A stretch of DNA of 64,000 nt from Candidatus Latescibacterota bacterium (GTDB lineage Bacteria > Latescibacterota > UBA2968 > GCA-2709665): assembly GCA_965237675.1 (NCBI GenBank), contig OZ250150.1, positions 5,472,001 through 5,536,000 of the forward strand. Direction: 5' to 3'. Made by a program: the position numbers and the translations under genes. Below the pieces are notes generated by a model, which had not been told where the DNA came from, made no database searches, and worked only from the letters and a program-made list of their open reading frames with translations. Shown here in pieces: positions 39,851 through 50,940 of this stretch. How positions within the stretch are numbered: position 1 is the stretch's first letter; every line of letters begins with the position of its first letter.

Positions 39851-40051
39851 ATGCTCAGCACGACTCTGGGGATAGTGAAAGACGGCAAAATCGAAACTCT
39901 AGAACGCATCCCGTTGCCCGAAGGAAAGAGGGTATTGGTAACGATCTTACCCGATGATGATATGTTCTGGCAGGAAGCCAGCCGGGAAACCCTGAAGCAG
40001 ATTTGGGACAATAATGAGGACGACGTTTATGTCCGTTTACTTGACGAATGA
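39851..40051 (+). CDS. putative antitoxin
   Basis: IPLPEGKRVLVTIL..IWDNNEDDVY; overlaps the toxin. Confidence 0.7.
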   Translation: MLSTTLGIVKDGKIETLERIPLPEGKRVLVTILPDDDMFWQEASRETLKQIWDNNEDDVYVRLLDE

Positions 40052-40361
40052 TATCGTGCTCGTCCGATATCCGTTTTCTGACTTGCAGGTATCCAAAGTG
40101 CGTCCGGCCATTATTGTGAGTGCGCTCCATATTTCTCAGGATGTCTTTATTGTCCCACTAACCAGCAGAATAACAAATCTCCTGTCGGGCGAGTTCGTGT
40201 TAGAGAATTGGAAGGAATCGGGACTCAATGTTGCGTCTACCGTTAAACGAGGCATATATACGATTCATCAGAGCTTGATTTTCAAGAAACTTGGATGCCT
40301 CGCACAAAACGATCAAACGACCTTGATTGCATCTTTGCGACGTTGGCTGAACCTCAAATAG
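40029..40361 (+). CDS. PemK/MazF-family toxin
   Basis: DIVLVRYPFSD..KVRPAIIV..PLTS..SGL..S. Confidence 0.9.
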   Translation: MSVYLTNDIVLVRYPFSDLQVSKVRPAIIVSALHISQDVFIVPLTSRITNLLSGEFVLENWKESGLNVASTVKRGIYTIHQSLIFKKLGCLAQNDQTTLIASLRRWLNLK

Positions 40362-41325
40362 ATTTCGATTCATACACCTCCCCAGCCGCGATCATGTCCG
40401 CCGCGATGTCACGCCTCAGGTCCTCCGGGGCCAGCACCTCGCAGTCCGGGCCCCACCCTCGAATCCACGGTTTCATCTCCAGCGTGTGCTTCACCCTGAG
40501 CCGCAGCCGACACCCGCCGTCAGGCTCATCCGCCACCTCTACGACGCCAGGCCAGTCCGATTCCCGCACGCGGTACGCCACCCTCGCTGAAAACCGCAGT
40601 GCCACCTCCACAACTTCCTCCCCACCCATAATGCCCCAAGAGTGCTGCAGAAAGTCATACGGATCGAATCCATTCCGCGCACCAAACGCCGTCTCCAGCA
40701 GCGTTGCCCGTTTGATGCGCTCCACCTTGAACTCCCGAATATCCCTCCGCAGATGGTCATATCCGATGACATAGCAGGCGTATCCCACGGGTGACGGCTC
40801 GATGAAGTAGGGATCAATGGTGCGCTCCGTGGTTTCGCCGGTCTGCGGGTTGTGATAGATCAGACGCACCTGCCTGCGTTCGGACCAGGCGCTCGTGAGG
40901 GTTTCCAGAACGCGCATATGATCGGGATCGGGTCTGCGTTTGTCGGCAACCTCAGCGGTTCGATTGATGTGTTCGCCAATGGACTCCGGCATAGCGCTTG
41001 CAAGTTTCTCGAGGGCAGACACTACGTGCGGATTGTGTTCGTCGCTGTGCGCGGAGAGCAGGCGCGCGGCCAGATACAGTGCCAGGGCCTCGTGCAAATT
41101 GACCCGGACGGTGGTCAGATAACGGTCTTTCAGCACACCGAACCGGCCGTCATCCTCCCATATCGGTGATCCCGCCTCCTCCAGCGACCGAAGATCCCGA
41201 TACACCGTACTCCGATGCACGCCGAATCGGGTGGCGATATCCGTCGCTTTCCTCCCACCCGCGGATCGATACAGAAACGTCTCGATCGCCTTGAGGCGTT
41301 CGGCGCGGGTCATCGTTCGTTCCAT
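40354..41325 (-). CDS. HTH-WYL-WCX regulator (copy 2)
   Basis: Identical to copy 1 except the last ~30 codons. Confidence 0.95.
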   Translation of the reverse strand: MERTMTRAERLKAIETFLYRSAGGRKATDIATRFGVHRSTVYRDLRSLEEAGSPIWEDDGRFGVLKDRYLTTVRVNLHEALALYLAARLLSAHSDEHNPHVVSALEKLASAMPESIGEHINRTAEVADKRRPDPDHMRVLETLTSAWSERRQVRLIYHNPQTGETTERTIDPYFIEPSPVGYACYVIGYDHLRRDIREFKVERIKRATLLETAFGARNGFDPYDFLQHSWGIMGGEEVVEVALRFSARVAYRVRESDWPGVVEVADEPDGGCRLRLRVKHTLEMKPWIRGWGPDCEVLAPEDLRRDIAADMIAAGEVYESKSI

Positions 41326-41905
41326 TTGGAATCCTCCACCTGCGATAAAATAAACATCAGTTGTCGCAACTATTGCGACAGTCCGCAAAAAAAAATCGCG
41401 GACAGCAATCAGTTCACAGCAGTCAGCCAGAAGAAAACAGCCAAAAGCAGATAGCGAAAAGCCAATTAATCGATGTGAGCGCCGCGACGTGGCCGGATCG
41501 GAAAAGACGCTGCGAGGGCAGGATGCCCTCGATCCCAGGAGTCAAAAGCATCGGTCAGCAATCAGTTCACAGCAGTCAGCCAGAAGCAAACAGCGAGAAG
41601 CCAACCAGGCGAACGTCACCGCCGTGACGTGGCGATTGGCTAACCAGGTACTTAAAGGGGATTAACAGTCCGTTGATAAAGTCGCTCTGCAGGCGAGGCC
41701 GAGTCATTGTGGCCGAAGATAAGGCGCGCGACCGCGTCGAATCGGGGGATTCGGGGAGGGAGTGCAACGCAGTAATTCGGCCACAAGGGCCGGCCGCAGC
41801 CCGGATGGACTTTTTCAACGGGCTGTTAAGGGCGCACCAGAACAAAGCCTGCCAATAGGTAATACTGGCAGGCGAGTTGTTGACGGGATTGTCGGGCGGA
41901 TGTTT

Positions 41906-42154
41906 TTACTCTTTGGCGTTTATTTTTGCTTCGTTCGCGGCAACGCGCTCCCCGAAGGAATCCAAACGTAAATCAATTGCATCAAACTTGGTTTCCATTT
42001 TATTTTCTAATTCGCCTATTCTTTGAGTCAGTCGATCTTCCAATCTATCTATTCTTTGATTGATTCCAGATGAGAAACTCCATAGAGATCCCCATAAGGC
42101 CAGTAGAAAAATGGCGAATCGAAGATTGTCTTCATTGAAGATTTTACCGTTCAT
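41906..42154 (-). CDS. small TM + coiled-coil protein (copy 2)
   Basis: Duplicate of 37769-38017. Confidence 0.65.
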   Translation of the reverse strand: MNGKIFNEDNLRFAIFLLALWGSLWSFSSGINQRIDRLEDRLTQRIGELENKMETKFDAIDLRLDSFGERVAANEAKINAKE

Positions 42155-42484
42155 GTTACACCCCGGAGGATGGATTTGCCGTGTGCTCCGTTACAGTAGA
42201 AATCTAACATATCCGGGGGTCTTGTCAAGCCGAAATGTTTCACGGGAGATTGCTATGAGTTCTACGGATGAAGGTCGGGAAAAGCCGGTTGTGGAGGTTG
42301 CGGACAGTCCGTATCAACCGACGAAGGCGGAGATGGAAGAGGATTCATTAAATCATAGAGAATTTCTGCAACCTATGCAAGACGTTGACGTAGCGGGACG
42401 GTATTTCCAGACCACGGACTGGTGGCGACCGGCCGGTCGCCCCTACGGTCATCGATAGGCGGACAGCGGACGGCGCGATGCGCG

Positions 42485-42802
42485 TCAGTCGATCAATACC
42501 GCCGTGCCGCTTACCGAGACCATCAGCATGCTGCCGCCTCCGACGACTTCGTAGTCCAGGTCGATGCCCACGACGGCGTTGGCGCCCGCCAGACGTGCAA
42601 CTTCCTCCATTTCCCCGAACGCGATCTCGCGGGCTCGCTTCAGTTCCTTTTCATAAGCGGCCGAACGCCCGCCCACGATGTCCCGGATTCCTGCGAAAAA
42701 GTCCTTGAAAATGTTCGCGCCGAGAATCGCCTCCCCGGTCACGATGCCCCTGTAGTCGCGGATGGGTTTGCCTTCGATACCGGGTGTGGTGGTCATTATC
42801 AT
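42485..42802 (-). CDS. ybjQ: YbjQ/UPF0145 family protein
   Basis: [42 protein letters not shown]. Confidence 0.95.
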   Translation of the reverse strand: MIMTTTPGIEGKPIRDYRGIVTGEAILGANIFKDFFAGIRDIVGGRSAAYEKELKRAREIAFGEMEEVARLAGANAVVGIDLDYEVVGGGSMLMVSVSGTAVLID

Positions 42803-42880
42803 GGGTGTGCCTCCTCAGATTGGTTGGACGTTTGACGGCATGTGAGCCTTCCGCCGGTGCACGGCGCCGGTCTGCCATCA

Positions 42881-43042
42881 GAAGCTGTTTTAAAACCCCC
42901 GGCGGTCTCCGCGCGGCTGCAAAAGCGTCGGTCTGCGTTGGTCAAATCCACCCGTATCTATAGATACGGGCGCCTTCGCCCGCCTGGACCGACACCTTTT
43001 CGCTCGCGCTCGGGAACGCACCAGGAATTTTGAAACAGCTTC
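42881..43042. mobile_element. second MITE family (shorter copy 51597-51681)
   Basis: TIR GAAGCTGTTTTAAAA / TTTTGAAACAGCTTC and shared internal sequence. Confidence 0.7.
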
Positions 43043-43051
43043 TCGCGCAGC

Positions 43052-43915
43052 CTATTTGTAGCTGTTGCAGACGATGGCGAGCCAGCGGTCCGTACTCATC
43101 CAGCCCTGGCCCCAGGACTGCCATTTCTCCGGCACCCCGGCGGCCTGGATTTCCTCGAGTGTCTTGCCGGCCGCGATGGCTTTCTGAACGAGGTCCGCGC
43201 TCATTTCCAGCATGTCCAGCGCCGTCTTCAGGTCTTCCCGACCGGCAAGCGGGCCGTGCCCCGGGATGATTTGCGCGTCGGCCGGAATTCGCTTCAGGAG
43301 GGACCTCGTGGCCTCAATATAGCCCTGAACGCTCCCCCCGCCGCCGAGGTCCACGTACGGAAATCTGCCGTTGAAAAAAAGGTCCCCGGTGTGAACGACG
43401 TTGGATTCAGTAAAGAAAACGACGCCGTCGCCGTCGGTGTGGGCGTTCGGAAAGTGGACGACGCCCAATTCTTCGCCGTTGAAGTGAATCGACAGTCCTT
43501 CGTTGAACGTGATTTCCGGGAGGGCGGCTTCAGGCAGGGGTTTGTCGTCGACACGCCTGGCCGCAAGGCGGGTTCGGACGTTCCGGTGCGCGACAATGAC
43601 GCCTTTCCCGCCGAAATGCGCGTTTCCACCGGTGTGGTCGCCGTGGTAGTGCGTATTCAGGATAAAGGTCGGATCGCCACCCCCCAACTCACCGATGGCG
43701 GCCCTGATCTTCTCCGCCAGCGGCGCGAACTGGTCGTCGATGATCAGCACGCCGTCCGCGCCAACGGACACGCCGATGTTTCCGCCGCTCCCCTCAAGCA
43801 TATAGACGCGGTCCGTAAGTTGGGTGGCGTTGATCTCGACCGCGGAAAAATCCCTCTGCGCGAATGCCGTGCCGGAAACGGCCAGCAACACGGCCAACGG
43901 TATCCATCTGGACAT
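43052..43915 (-). CDS. MBL-fold metallo-hydrolase
   Basis: THYHGDHTGGN, AHTDGD, HTGD, IPGHG. Confidence 0.95.
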   Translation of the reverse strand: MSRWIPLAVLLAVSGTAFAQRDFSAVEINATQLTDRVYMLEGSGGNIGVSVGADGVLIIDDQFAPLAEKIRAAIGELGGGDPTFILNTHYHGDHTGGNAHFGGKGVIVAHRNVRTRLAARRVDDKPLPEAALPEITFNEGLSIHFNGEELGVVHFPNAHTDGDGVVFFTESNVVHTGDLFFNGRFPYVDLGGGGSVQGYIEATRSLLKRIPADAQIIPGHGPLAGREDLKTALDMLEMSADLVQKAIAAGKTLEEIQAAGVPEKWQSWGQGWMSTDRWLAIVCNSYK

Positions 43916-44249
43916 GGCAAAGATCCTCCAAAAACACGTATGCGGTTTGTAGGGGCAACCCTTGTGGTTGCCCGCGTCGCGGCGAGCAGCAAAAAACCGT
44001 CAGCGTACGGCAACTGGCATACAGCATAAAGCCTATCAATCGACGTCTGCGCCGTGACGTGGCAGGGGCAACAAGGGCGCGCAGCGGGGGGGCCCTCTTA
44101 CTTCTAACGTCTTGCTTCTCACCGGCGTATGGGCTTCTCGCGGAATCAAAAAGGCCCCGGAGCCGAGCTCCCGGACCTTCTGATACCATTCTCGCCAGCA
44201 ACTCAGCGCAGGGCTCGAATTGACCGCCGTTTAGCGCTCAAAAATTCTC

Positions 44250-44978
44250 CTATGCCGTCTGTCCGTCGATGGTCCCCACCTTGATCTTCAACTCATCCCG
44301 ATTCACAACGCGGTCGATGCGCCCGTCGCGCACCCACACCACCCGATCGGATACGTTCAGCATCTTATGATCGTGGGTTGCCGACACCACCGTGACGCCG
44401 GAGTCCTTGTTCATCTGACGCAGCAGTTCGATAATTTCCGTACCGGTGCGCAAGTCCAGGTTTCCGGTGGGTTCGTCGGCCAGAATCAGCGCCGGATCGT
44501 TTGCGAACGCCCGGGCTACGGCCACGCGCTGTTGCTGTCCGCCCGAAAGCTCGAACGGCTTATGCGACACCCGGTCACCCAAGCCCACCTTCTCCAATAG
44601 ACCCACCCCTTTATCCCGTGCCTCGTCGCTGGTCAACCCCGCAAAAACCATGGGCAACGTCACGTTCTCCAATGCCGTCATCACCGGAATCAGATTGAAC
44701 GTCTGGAAAATATACCCGATTTTCCGGCAGCGCAACCATGCCAGTTCATAAGCGTCGAGTTGCGCAACGTCCACGTCGTCAATGTACACCTTGCCGCCGC
44801 TAGGTTTGTCAAGCCCGCCGACCATATTGAACAAGGTGGTTTTTCCCGAGCCCGAAGGTCCCATAATAGAGATGTACTCGCCCTGTTCAATTTCGATATC
44901 CACCCCTTTGAGCGCGGCGACCTCCACGTCACCCATCTTATAGATCTTTTTCACACCCTGCGTCCGTACGACGGCCAT
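44250..44978 (-). CDS. ABC transporter ATP-binding protein (LolD/MacB-like)
   Basis: [30 protein letters not shown]. Confidence 0.95.
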   Translation of the reverse strand: MAVVRTQGVKKIYKMGDVEVAALKGVDIEIEQGEYISIMGPSGSGKTTLFNMVGGLDKPSGGKVYIDDVDVAQLDAYELAWLRCRKIGYIFQTFNLIPVMTALENVTLPMVFAGLTSDEARDKGVGLLEKVGLGDRVSHKPFELSGGQQQRVAVARAFANDPALILADEPTGNLDLRTGTEIIELLRQMNKDSGVTVVSATHDHKMLNVSDRVVWVRDGRIDRVVNRDELKIKVGTIDGQTA

Positions 44979-45052
44979 CGTCGCCCTCCAGGAAAGTTGT
45001 CGCGTTACAGAGGGGTCACTACCCCCGGATGGATGGTCTCACGACTTAAAGG

Positions 45053-45742
45053 CTACACTTCCAACCGCATGGCGTCGACGGGCTCCATTTTGGCGGCGCG
45101 ATAGGCGGGCAGAATTCCGCCCATCAGAGAAAGGAACGAACCCAGCACAATCGCCCACACCCCGCGTTCCAGAATGCTGGGCCACGGTACGTAATCGATG
45201 ACGGGGTTGCCATAGCCGATCCACGACGTCAGAATGGAAAGCAGAAAACCCACAACCACGCCCAGAACGGTTCCGGCCATGCCCATAAACGAGGACTCCA
45301 GAATAAATAGCTTGATAATAAATCCATCCAGCGCTCCCATGCACTTCATGGTGCCGATCTCCCGGAAGCGCTCGGTGACGGACATCAGCATCGCGTTCGT
45401 GATCCCCACGAGGCAAACCAGCAGGGACAGCACAACAAGCCAGGTGTTCTTGGCCTCCTCCTGTCGGTTGGCCTCGCTCTCCTGGCTGATGTCAATCCCT
45501 TTCTGCTGGAGAATCAGGTTCATCTTTGGATCGTTGGCGTCCCGCAGGCTGTTTACGATAGAGCTGGTTGTCCAGATGGACATCAGGAAGGCGATGGCCA
45601 GAACAATGCTGCTCACGGTAATCAAGGACCGCCCGAACCGGATCTTCACGCTGTTGAAACTGATCTCGACGGCCTTTCTGATTGGCAGTTTGACCTGCGT
45701 GCCGATTTCCCGGCGGACAGGCGAAGTAGAACTTTGCGCCAT
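45053..45742 (-). CDS. FtsX-like ABC permease
   Basis: GITNAMLMSVTERFREIGTMKCMGA, PAYRAAKMEPVDAMR. Confidence 0.92.
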   Translation of the reverse strand: MAQSSTSPVRREIGTQVKLPIRKAVEISFNSVKIRFGRSLITVSSIVLAIAFLMSIWTTSSIVNSLRDANDPKMNLILQQKGIDISQESEANRQEEAKNTWLVVLSLLVCLVGITNAMLMSVTERFREIGTMKCMGALDGFIIKLFILESSFMGMAGTVLGVVVGFLLSILTSWIGYGNPVIDYVPWPSILERGVWAIVLGSFLSLMGGILPAYRAAKMEPVDAMRLEV

Positions 45743-45814
45743 AAACTCCTCCAACAACAAACTGAACAAACGCCGGGACGCGGACCCCGGTTGCCGCCGA
45801 TGCGGCGGCCAGCT

Positions 45815-47491
45815 CTATCTGACTTCCGTGTCGGGCATCGCCGGGACGGACGTGCGCCCCTGGCGTTTCGAATAATACGCCCGGTCCGCCAACAGCTTTC
45901 TTGCCCGGTTGAACAATGCCGTCGTCTGAACGATTTCCGGATCCTGACTCACCGCGACCCGGCCCGCCTCCCGGTCTCCCCAGCGGAATTTCGCGAAATA
46001 TCTTTTAACCTGCCGTTTTATCAGATCGACGCCCGATTCGAAATCTCCATCTGTAAACGTCAGATCGTTATCCCACGCCTTCAGGAAAGCCTTGAATTCG
46101 GATATCTCGCGTGCGCCCGGTGTATAATGTTGAAGATAGACCCCAAAATCCGAATACCCGCGGGTGAAGTCCGACCCGTGCCGGCTGGCAAATTCGAAAA
46201 AGTGCCGCGGGGTCAACCGCTGTTCAAAATCGCCCGGCCGCACCGATTCCAATTCCACGTCGGGTGTGATTCCGCCGCTGCCGTACACCTTCCGGTGCAA
46301 TATCTGCGTAAAATAGACCGGTCGTGAGCGCACGCTGTCCGGATCGGCATTCGGATCGTAACCGTCGTGCGCCTCAAACAGATATGCCCGCCTGTCGTTG
46401 GAATACGGCCGCTGGATCGGGCGCTCGCTGGGCGTGAAATAACGCGCAACGGTGAGCAGAACCGCGCCGCCGTTTTTGAGCGAATACTGCTTTTGGACCA
46501 GCCCTTTACCAAACGTGGTTCGCCCTACGATAAGTCCGCGATCGTAGTCCTGAACAGCGCCCGCCACAATTTCCGAAGCGCTGGCGCTGTAGTTGTCGAC
46601 GAGCACCATCAGCGGCATGTCGAGGGGAACAACGGGGTCACGGTCCGTAAAATGATCTTCACGGGAACCCTTTCTGCGGCCCTCTGTATACACCAGGAGT
46701 TGGTCCTTTTCGAGGAACTGATCCGCCACTGCCACGGCCTGTTCCAGGTACCCGCCACTGTTGCCGCGCAAATCGAGAATCAGCTTTTGCATGCCCTGCG
46801 CGATCAGGCCGTCGAGAGCGACCCGCAACTCTCGGGACGTACGACTCGCGAACCGGTCGATCTTCACATAACCCACGTCGGAATTCAGTTTGAACACATA
46901 CGGCACGCTGGGCACTTCAATTTTGTCTCGAATGATTTCAAACGCGAGGGGGTCGGCCACGCCCGGCCGGTGAACCAGAACATTCACCCGGCTGCCCTTC
47001 GGGCCCTTGAGCCGCTTTTTCACCTCATCGGTCTTCCGCACGCCAACCACCGACACCCCATCGATTTTCACAATACGGTCGCCCGCCTGAAGGCCGGCCT
47101 TATAGGCCGGCGCTCCGACAATTGGAGACAGGACCGTCAGCTGGCTCCCGATAATATCGAAATAAATCCCGATCCCCTCAAAGGAGCCCTGCATCCGTTC
47201 CTGAGTATCCTGGAGTTCCTCCGGCGAAATATAGGTTGAATGGGGGTCCAGCCGGGAGAGATAGCCTTCGATTGCGCCGTGATACAGCTCGACCGGATCG
47301 GTCGTTTCATAGTACTGCCGCCGTACCAGGGCGGCCAGCTGATCCAGTGTATGCGCCTGCATCGCCGTATTCACGCGCGGCGCGGGGTCCGCGACGGCCA
47401 TGCCTGGACGACCCGCTGTCCACACCAGGATCAGGAGGAGAATAACCCGACGTATGACCGACATACAACCCTTTCGGAAGTCTCGCGACAT
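45815..47491 (-). CDS. S41 carboxyl-terminal processing protease
   Basis: LDPHSTY, PDZ domain, LDLRGNSGG, SASASEIVAG, TFGKG. Confidence 0.95.
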   Translation of the reverse strand: MSRDFRKGCMSVIRRVILLLILVWTAGRPGMAVADPAPRVNTAMQAHTLDQLAALVRRQYYETTDPVELYHGAIEGYLSRLDPHSTYISPEELQDTQERMQGSFEGIGIYFDIIGSQLTVLSPIVGAPAYKAGLQAGDRIVKIDGVSVVGVRKTDEVKKRLKGPKGSRVNVLVHRPGVADPLAFEIIRDKIEVPSVPYVFKLNSDVGYVKIDRFASRTSRELRVALDGLIAQGMQKLILDLRGNSGGYLEQAVAVADQFLEKDQLLVYTEGRRKGSREDHFTDRDPVVPLDMPLMVLVDNYSASASEIVAGAVQDYDRGLIVGRTTFGKGLVQKQYSLKNGGAVLLTVARYFTPSERPIQRPYSNDRRAYLFEAHDGYDPNADPDSVRSRPVYFTQILHRKVYGSGGITPDVELESVRPGDFEQRLTPRHFFEFASRHGSDFTRGYSDFGVYLQHYTPGAREISEFKAFLKAWDNDLTFTDGDFESGVDLIKRQVKRYFAKFRWGDREAGRVAVSQDPEIVQTTALFNRARKLLADRAYYSKRQGRTSVPAMPDTEVR

Positions 47492-47599
47492 CTGGTTCTA
47501 ATCGCCAAAAAACGCGATTCAACATAATGACGGCGACCGGAGATGTCAAGGAGAAACCGCATCCACCGGGGGTTGACGGGACCGGATCGGCGGTCGTTT

Positions 47600-48304
47600 C
47601 TATTTTTTCAGCTTATACATCGAAAACACCAGAAGCTGCTTGGAGAAAAGGTAGTATTCTTTGAAATTCAGCTTGCTGGTGCTGTACTGCCGGTTGCGGA
47701 ACACATAGGGCACCTCGGCAAATGTCGAATAGGTTCCCTTGACCAGAATCTCCAGCAAAATCTTGTACCCCGGCGAAGTCAGCGTCACACCCTGCAGCAC
47801 CCGGCGATGAAGGAAAAAATATCCGCTGAGCGGATCCTGCACACCGGTCAGCTGCCGCGCGGCGAGGACGCCGACCTGCGAGATCATCTTTCGATACCAC
47901 GGCCACCTTTCCACGCGGCTGCCGGGATTGTAGCGGCTGCCCAGCGCAAGATCGTATTTCCGCAGCTCGAGAATCAACCGCGGCAGTACCATCGGATCGT
48001 GGCTCAGGTCCGCGTCGATTACACCCAGATAGTCGCGGCTTGACTTCTGAAACCCCTCCATCACGGCGCTGCCCAGACCAAGCTTGCCGGCTCTGTGTAC
48101 CACCTTAACGGGATATCGGTCACGGAGCGCTTCCGCTTCCTCGCCGGTGCCATCCGGTGAATCATCGTCCACCACAATCAACTCCAGGTCGATTTCCGGG
48201 TGCTGCCCGACCGCCGAAAAGACCTCGTCCGCCAGAAGTGAAATGTTCGCCCGCTCGTTGTAGGTCGGCGTAATCAGAGACACGCGCAACGGGGTTTCAC
48301 CCAT
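47600..48304 (-). CDS. polyprenol monophosphomannose synthase (GT2)
   Basis: PTYNE, VDDDSPDGT, DADLSHDP, DPLSG. Confidence 0.92.
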   Translation of the reverse strand: MGETPLRVSLITPTYNERANISLLADEVFSAVGQHPEIDLELIVVDDDSPDGTGEEAEALRDRYPVKVVHRAGKLGLGSAVMEGFQKSSRDYLGVIDADLSHDPMVLPRLILELRKYDLALGSRYNPGSRVERWPWYRKMISQVGVLAARQLTGVQDPLSGYFFLHRRVLQGVTLTSPGYKILLEILVKGTYSTFAEVPYVFRNRQYSTSKLNFKEYYLFSKQLLVFSMYKLKK

Positions 48305-48402
48305 ACCAATCACCTCACGAGATGAGGCCAAGTGGGTTGACAACGTCGATGGCGTCACAGGCGGGGATTGGAAACAACCGAATCCTGTGCGAGAGGTGTC
48401 GA

Positions 48403-49314
48403 TTACCGGCCGTCGACTCCCATTTCCCTGCCAAGCCGCTCCAGATTATCGGAAAAAGATCGGAACACCGGATTGAAAAGCCTGCGGGCGCGATCCAGCT
48501 TAAGGCCCGCCCCGGGGGGTCTGAGAGCGATTTGCCCCAATTCCCCGGAAGTTACCGGAACAACCAGATCTGCGTCCAGATCGAAACAGCGGCAAATTCG
48601 TTCCACCATTTCATACCTGCTCAGAAATTCAGGCCCCGCAAAGTGGACCACACCACGGAATTCCTGGTTGCACAGTCCAAGGAGGAACACCGCAAGTTCA
48701 TCCACACAGGTCGGGTTTGACCATTCGTCGGTAACAACCCGGATGGTTTCGCCCCCAAGCAGGGACTCCAGCGCCCACGTCACGAAATTGGGCCGGCAAC
48801 CCGAACGGTACCCATATAGTACTGCCGTCCGGACCACAAGTCCCTGACACGAGGACGCCAGCACGCCCGCCTCGGCTTCCAACTTGGTCCGGCCGTAAAC
48901 GTTTACCGGATTGGTGGGGTCGGTCTCGGCGTAAGGACCGGCCAGACCGTCGAATACATAGTTCGTCGAAACGGTCACCAGACCGCTGCCGGCGTGTTCG
49001 CACGCCCGGATCAGGTTCCCGGTGCCGCACACGTTGACGCGGTACGCCAGGTCCGGATCACGCTCGCACCGGTCCACGCCGGCCTCGGCAGCCGCATTGA
49101 TGACCCAATCGGGGTGCGCGCGTGCAATCGCCTCCTCCACCGCCTCCGCATCCGTGACGTCCATCCGCAGACAATCCGACCCCGAAAACGTCGGTCCAGG
49201 CGCGCGGGCGGCCGGCACCCGGCGTACCCCCTCAAACGGTACGTCACAAAGCGCCCGGCCCAGAAAACCTGAAGCGCCCACAATCAAAACGGTCTGTAAA
49301 GACCCATCGTTCAT
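48403..49314 (-). CDS. dTDP-4-dehydrorhamnose reductase-like SDR
   Basis: GASGFLG, STNYVFDG, YGRTK. Confidence 0.9.
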   Translation of the reverse strand: MNDGSLQTVLIVGASGFLGRALCDVPFEGVRRVPAARAPGPTFSGSDCLRMDVTDAEAVEEAIARAHPDWVINAAAEAGVDRCERDPDLAYRVNVCGTGNLIRACEHAGSGLVTVSTNYVFDGLAGPYAETDPTNPVNVYGRTKLEAEAGVLASSCQGLVVRTAVLYGYRSGCRPNFVTWALESLLGGETIRVVTDEWSNPTCVDELAVFLLGLCNQEFRGVVHFAGPEFLSRYEMVERICRCFDLDADLVVPVTSGELGQIALRPPGAGLKLDRARRLFNPVFRSFSDNLERLGREMGVDGR

Positions 49315-49332
49315 TGGTACCACCCGGCTACG

Positions 49333-50940
49333 TTAGGGACGCCCCGGTTCCTTTTCTCGTTTTCTCAGTGTGGACGGCGCCACCTGCCCCTTACCCAGGC
49401 GCAGGTACATTTCCATCCCCCTGTATAGCGCGCCCGCACTGGCCGCACGATCGAGATGGGGGCTCGCCAGCGCCGTGAGAATACCACCGGCCGCTTCCCT
49501 ATAGGGCGAATGCCCTGTCTGTGCGAACAACCTTGAAAGCACCTGAACGGCCACACCGTTTCCAGATGGAACCAGACGGTCCACCGCCGGGGTAACAGCC
49601 GCGCCCCGCTCCGGCCAACGGTCGCAAAGCGCACCCGAGGTATCTCGAAATCGCTCCAGTATCACATCCGCGAGTTCCGTGGCAAACTCCAGTAAACCGG
49701 GGTTTCCCCCCGCGTTGTAGAGATCCAGTGCGGCCCGCGCGACCAGGGCCTGGTCAGACAGCAGGAAGAGCGGCCCTTCAGGCGGTTCCAGTACGTGCCG
49801 CATACCGCCGTCCGGATGGGTAAGTCGAGTGCGGAGGGTCGCCATAACCCGGCGTCCAAGATCCAGATAGGCGGCTCTTCCTGAAGCCTGATGAAGCGCG
49901 ACAAACCCGGTAACGGCCAGGGCGTTCCACGACGTGTATACAGCGGGGTCTCTGGCGGGCGGGCGCCCCGCCTCCAGCAGGACCTCGCTTCCGGATTGCC
50001 CGGAAAACCCCGCGAGGCCGGCAACAAACACGTCCTTCCGCGACTCAAATAAGCCCGCCAGAAGCGCATCGCCCAAACGTACCGCCGCCGCGGTGTCCAC
50101 CCGCGCCAGAACCGCCAGCCATCCCGCATTCGAGGCAAGCGTCTTCTCACGATCGAGCACGGCCCCGTCCGGTGTGAGCAGGCGCTGGAAGAAAGTCCCG
50201 TCGGAATCGCGCAACGGGCTTGAGACCATCAATTTCAGCCGCTCCAGCGCAAGCGTCCGCGCCGCAACGTCAGCGGTATCCAGAAGCGTGAGAAAAGCCT
50301 CCGCACCCAGTTCCTCGCCTCGTTCCATCGCAGCCACGGTGCTGTCCGTAAACTGGTGAAACAGGCCCGGCGAAGGCGTCGCGGGCGGGCGACGGGGCGC
50401 TTCTGCTGCCGACCAACGCGCCAGGTTCCGCCGTGCACGGTCAAAATCCGCCCATCGCTTCGGGTTATTGAAATAGACTCGTACCCGGCGCAACAGTTCC
50501 CGCAAATCTTCCGGATCCGGATACGTGGACCCGGTCATCCAGTCACCATCGGGGGTCAGGATCGCCGTTGAAGGCCAGCCGCCCAGGCCGAATCGCTCCG
50601 CCAGATCGGGCCGCCGGTCCACGTCCACCCGTACCGGCCACGTGCCCTGCCCGATCGCCCGTACCAGTTCCGGGTCTTCGAAACAGCGTCTGACCATTTC
50701 CCGGCACCAGTAGGACCGGGTGGAATAAAGGTAAAGAAACAGAGGCCGATTGAGAACACGCGCGGAATCCCTCGCTGACCACGCGCGCCAGTTTACCCCG
50801 CCGGGCGGCGGCGCGGACAGGCCGGATATCGCGGCCGTTTCCGGGACCCGTTCGCATGCGGCGAACCCGGAACCCAGAGTCGCGCAAAGGCACGCGGGAA
50901 GCAACCGCCGGAACGCGGTTTTTCTGCTTATGCATTCCAT
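49333..50940 (-). CDS. DUF255/YyaL-like thioredoxin-domain protein
   Basis: VNWRAW, RVDVDRRPDL, GGWPST, PSGN. Confidence 0.85.
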   Translation of the reverse strand: MECISRKTAFRRLLPACLCATLGSGFAACERVPETAAISGLSAPPPGGVNWRAWSARDSARVLNRPLFLYLYSTRSYWCREMVRRCFEDPELVRAIGQGTWPVRVDVDRRPDLAERFGLGGWPSTAILTPDGDWMTGSTYPDPEDLRELLRRVRVYFNNPKRWADFDRARRNLARWSAAEAPRRPPATPSPGLFHQFTDSTVAAMERGEELGAEAFLTLLDTADVAARTLALERLKLMVSSPLRDSDGTFFQRLLTPDGAVLDREKTLASNAGWLAVLARVDTAAAVRLGDALLAGLFESRKDVFVAGLAGFSGQSGSEVLLEAGRPPARDPAVYTSWNALAVTGFVALHQASGRAAYLDLGRRVMATLRTRLTHPDGGMRHVLEPPEGPLFLLSDQALVARAALDLYNAGGNPGLLEFATELADVILERFRDTSGALCDRWPERGAAVTPAVDRLVPSGNGVAVQVLSRLFAQTGHSPYREAAGGILTALASPHLDRAASAGALYRGMEMYLRLGKGQVAPSTLRKREKEPGRP

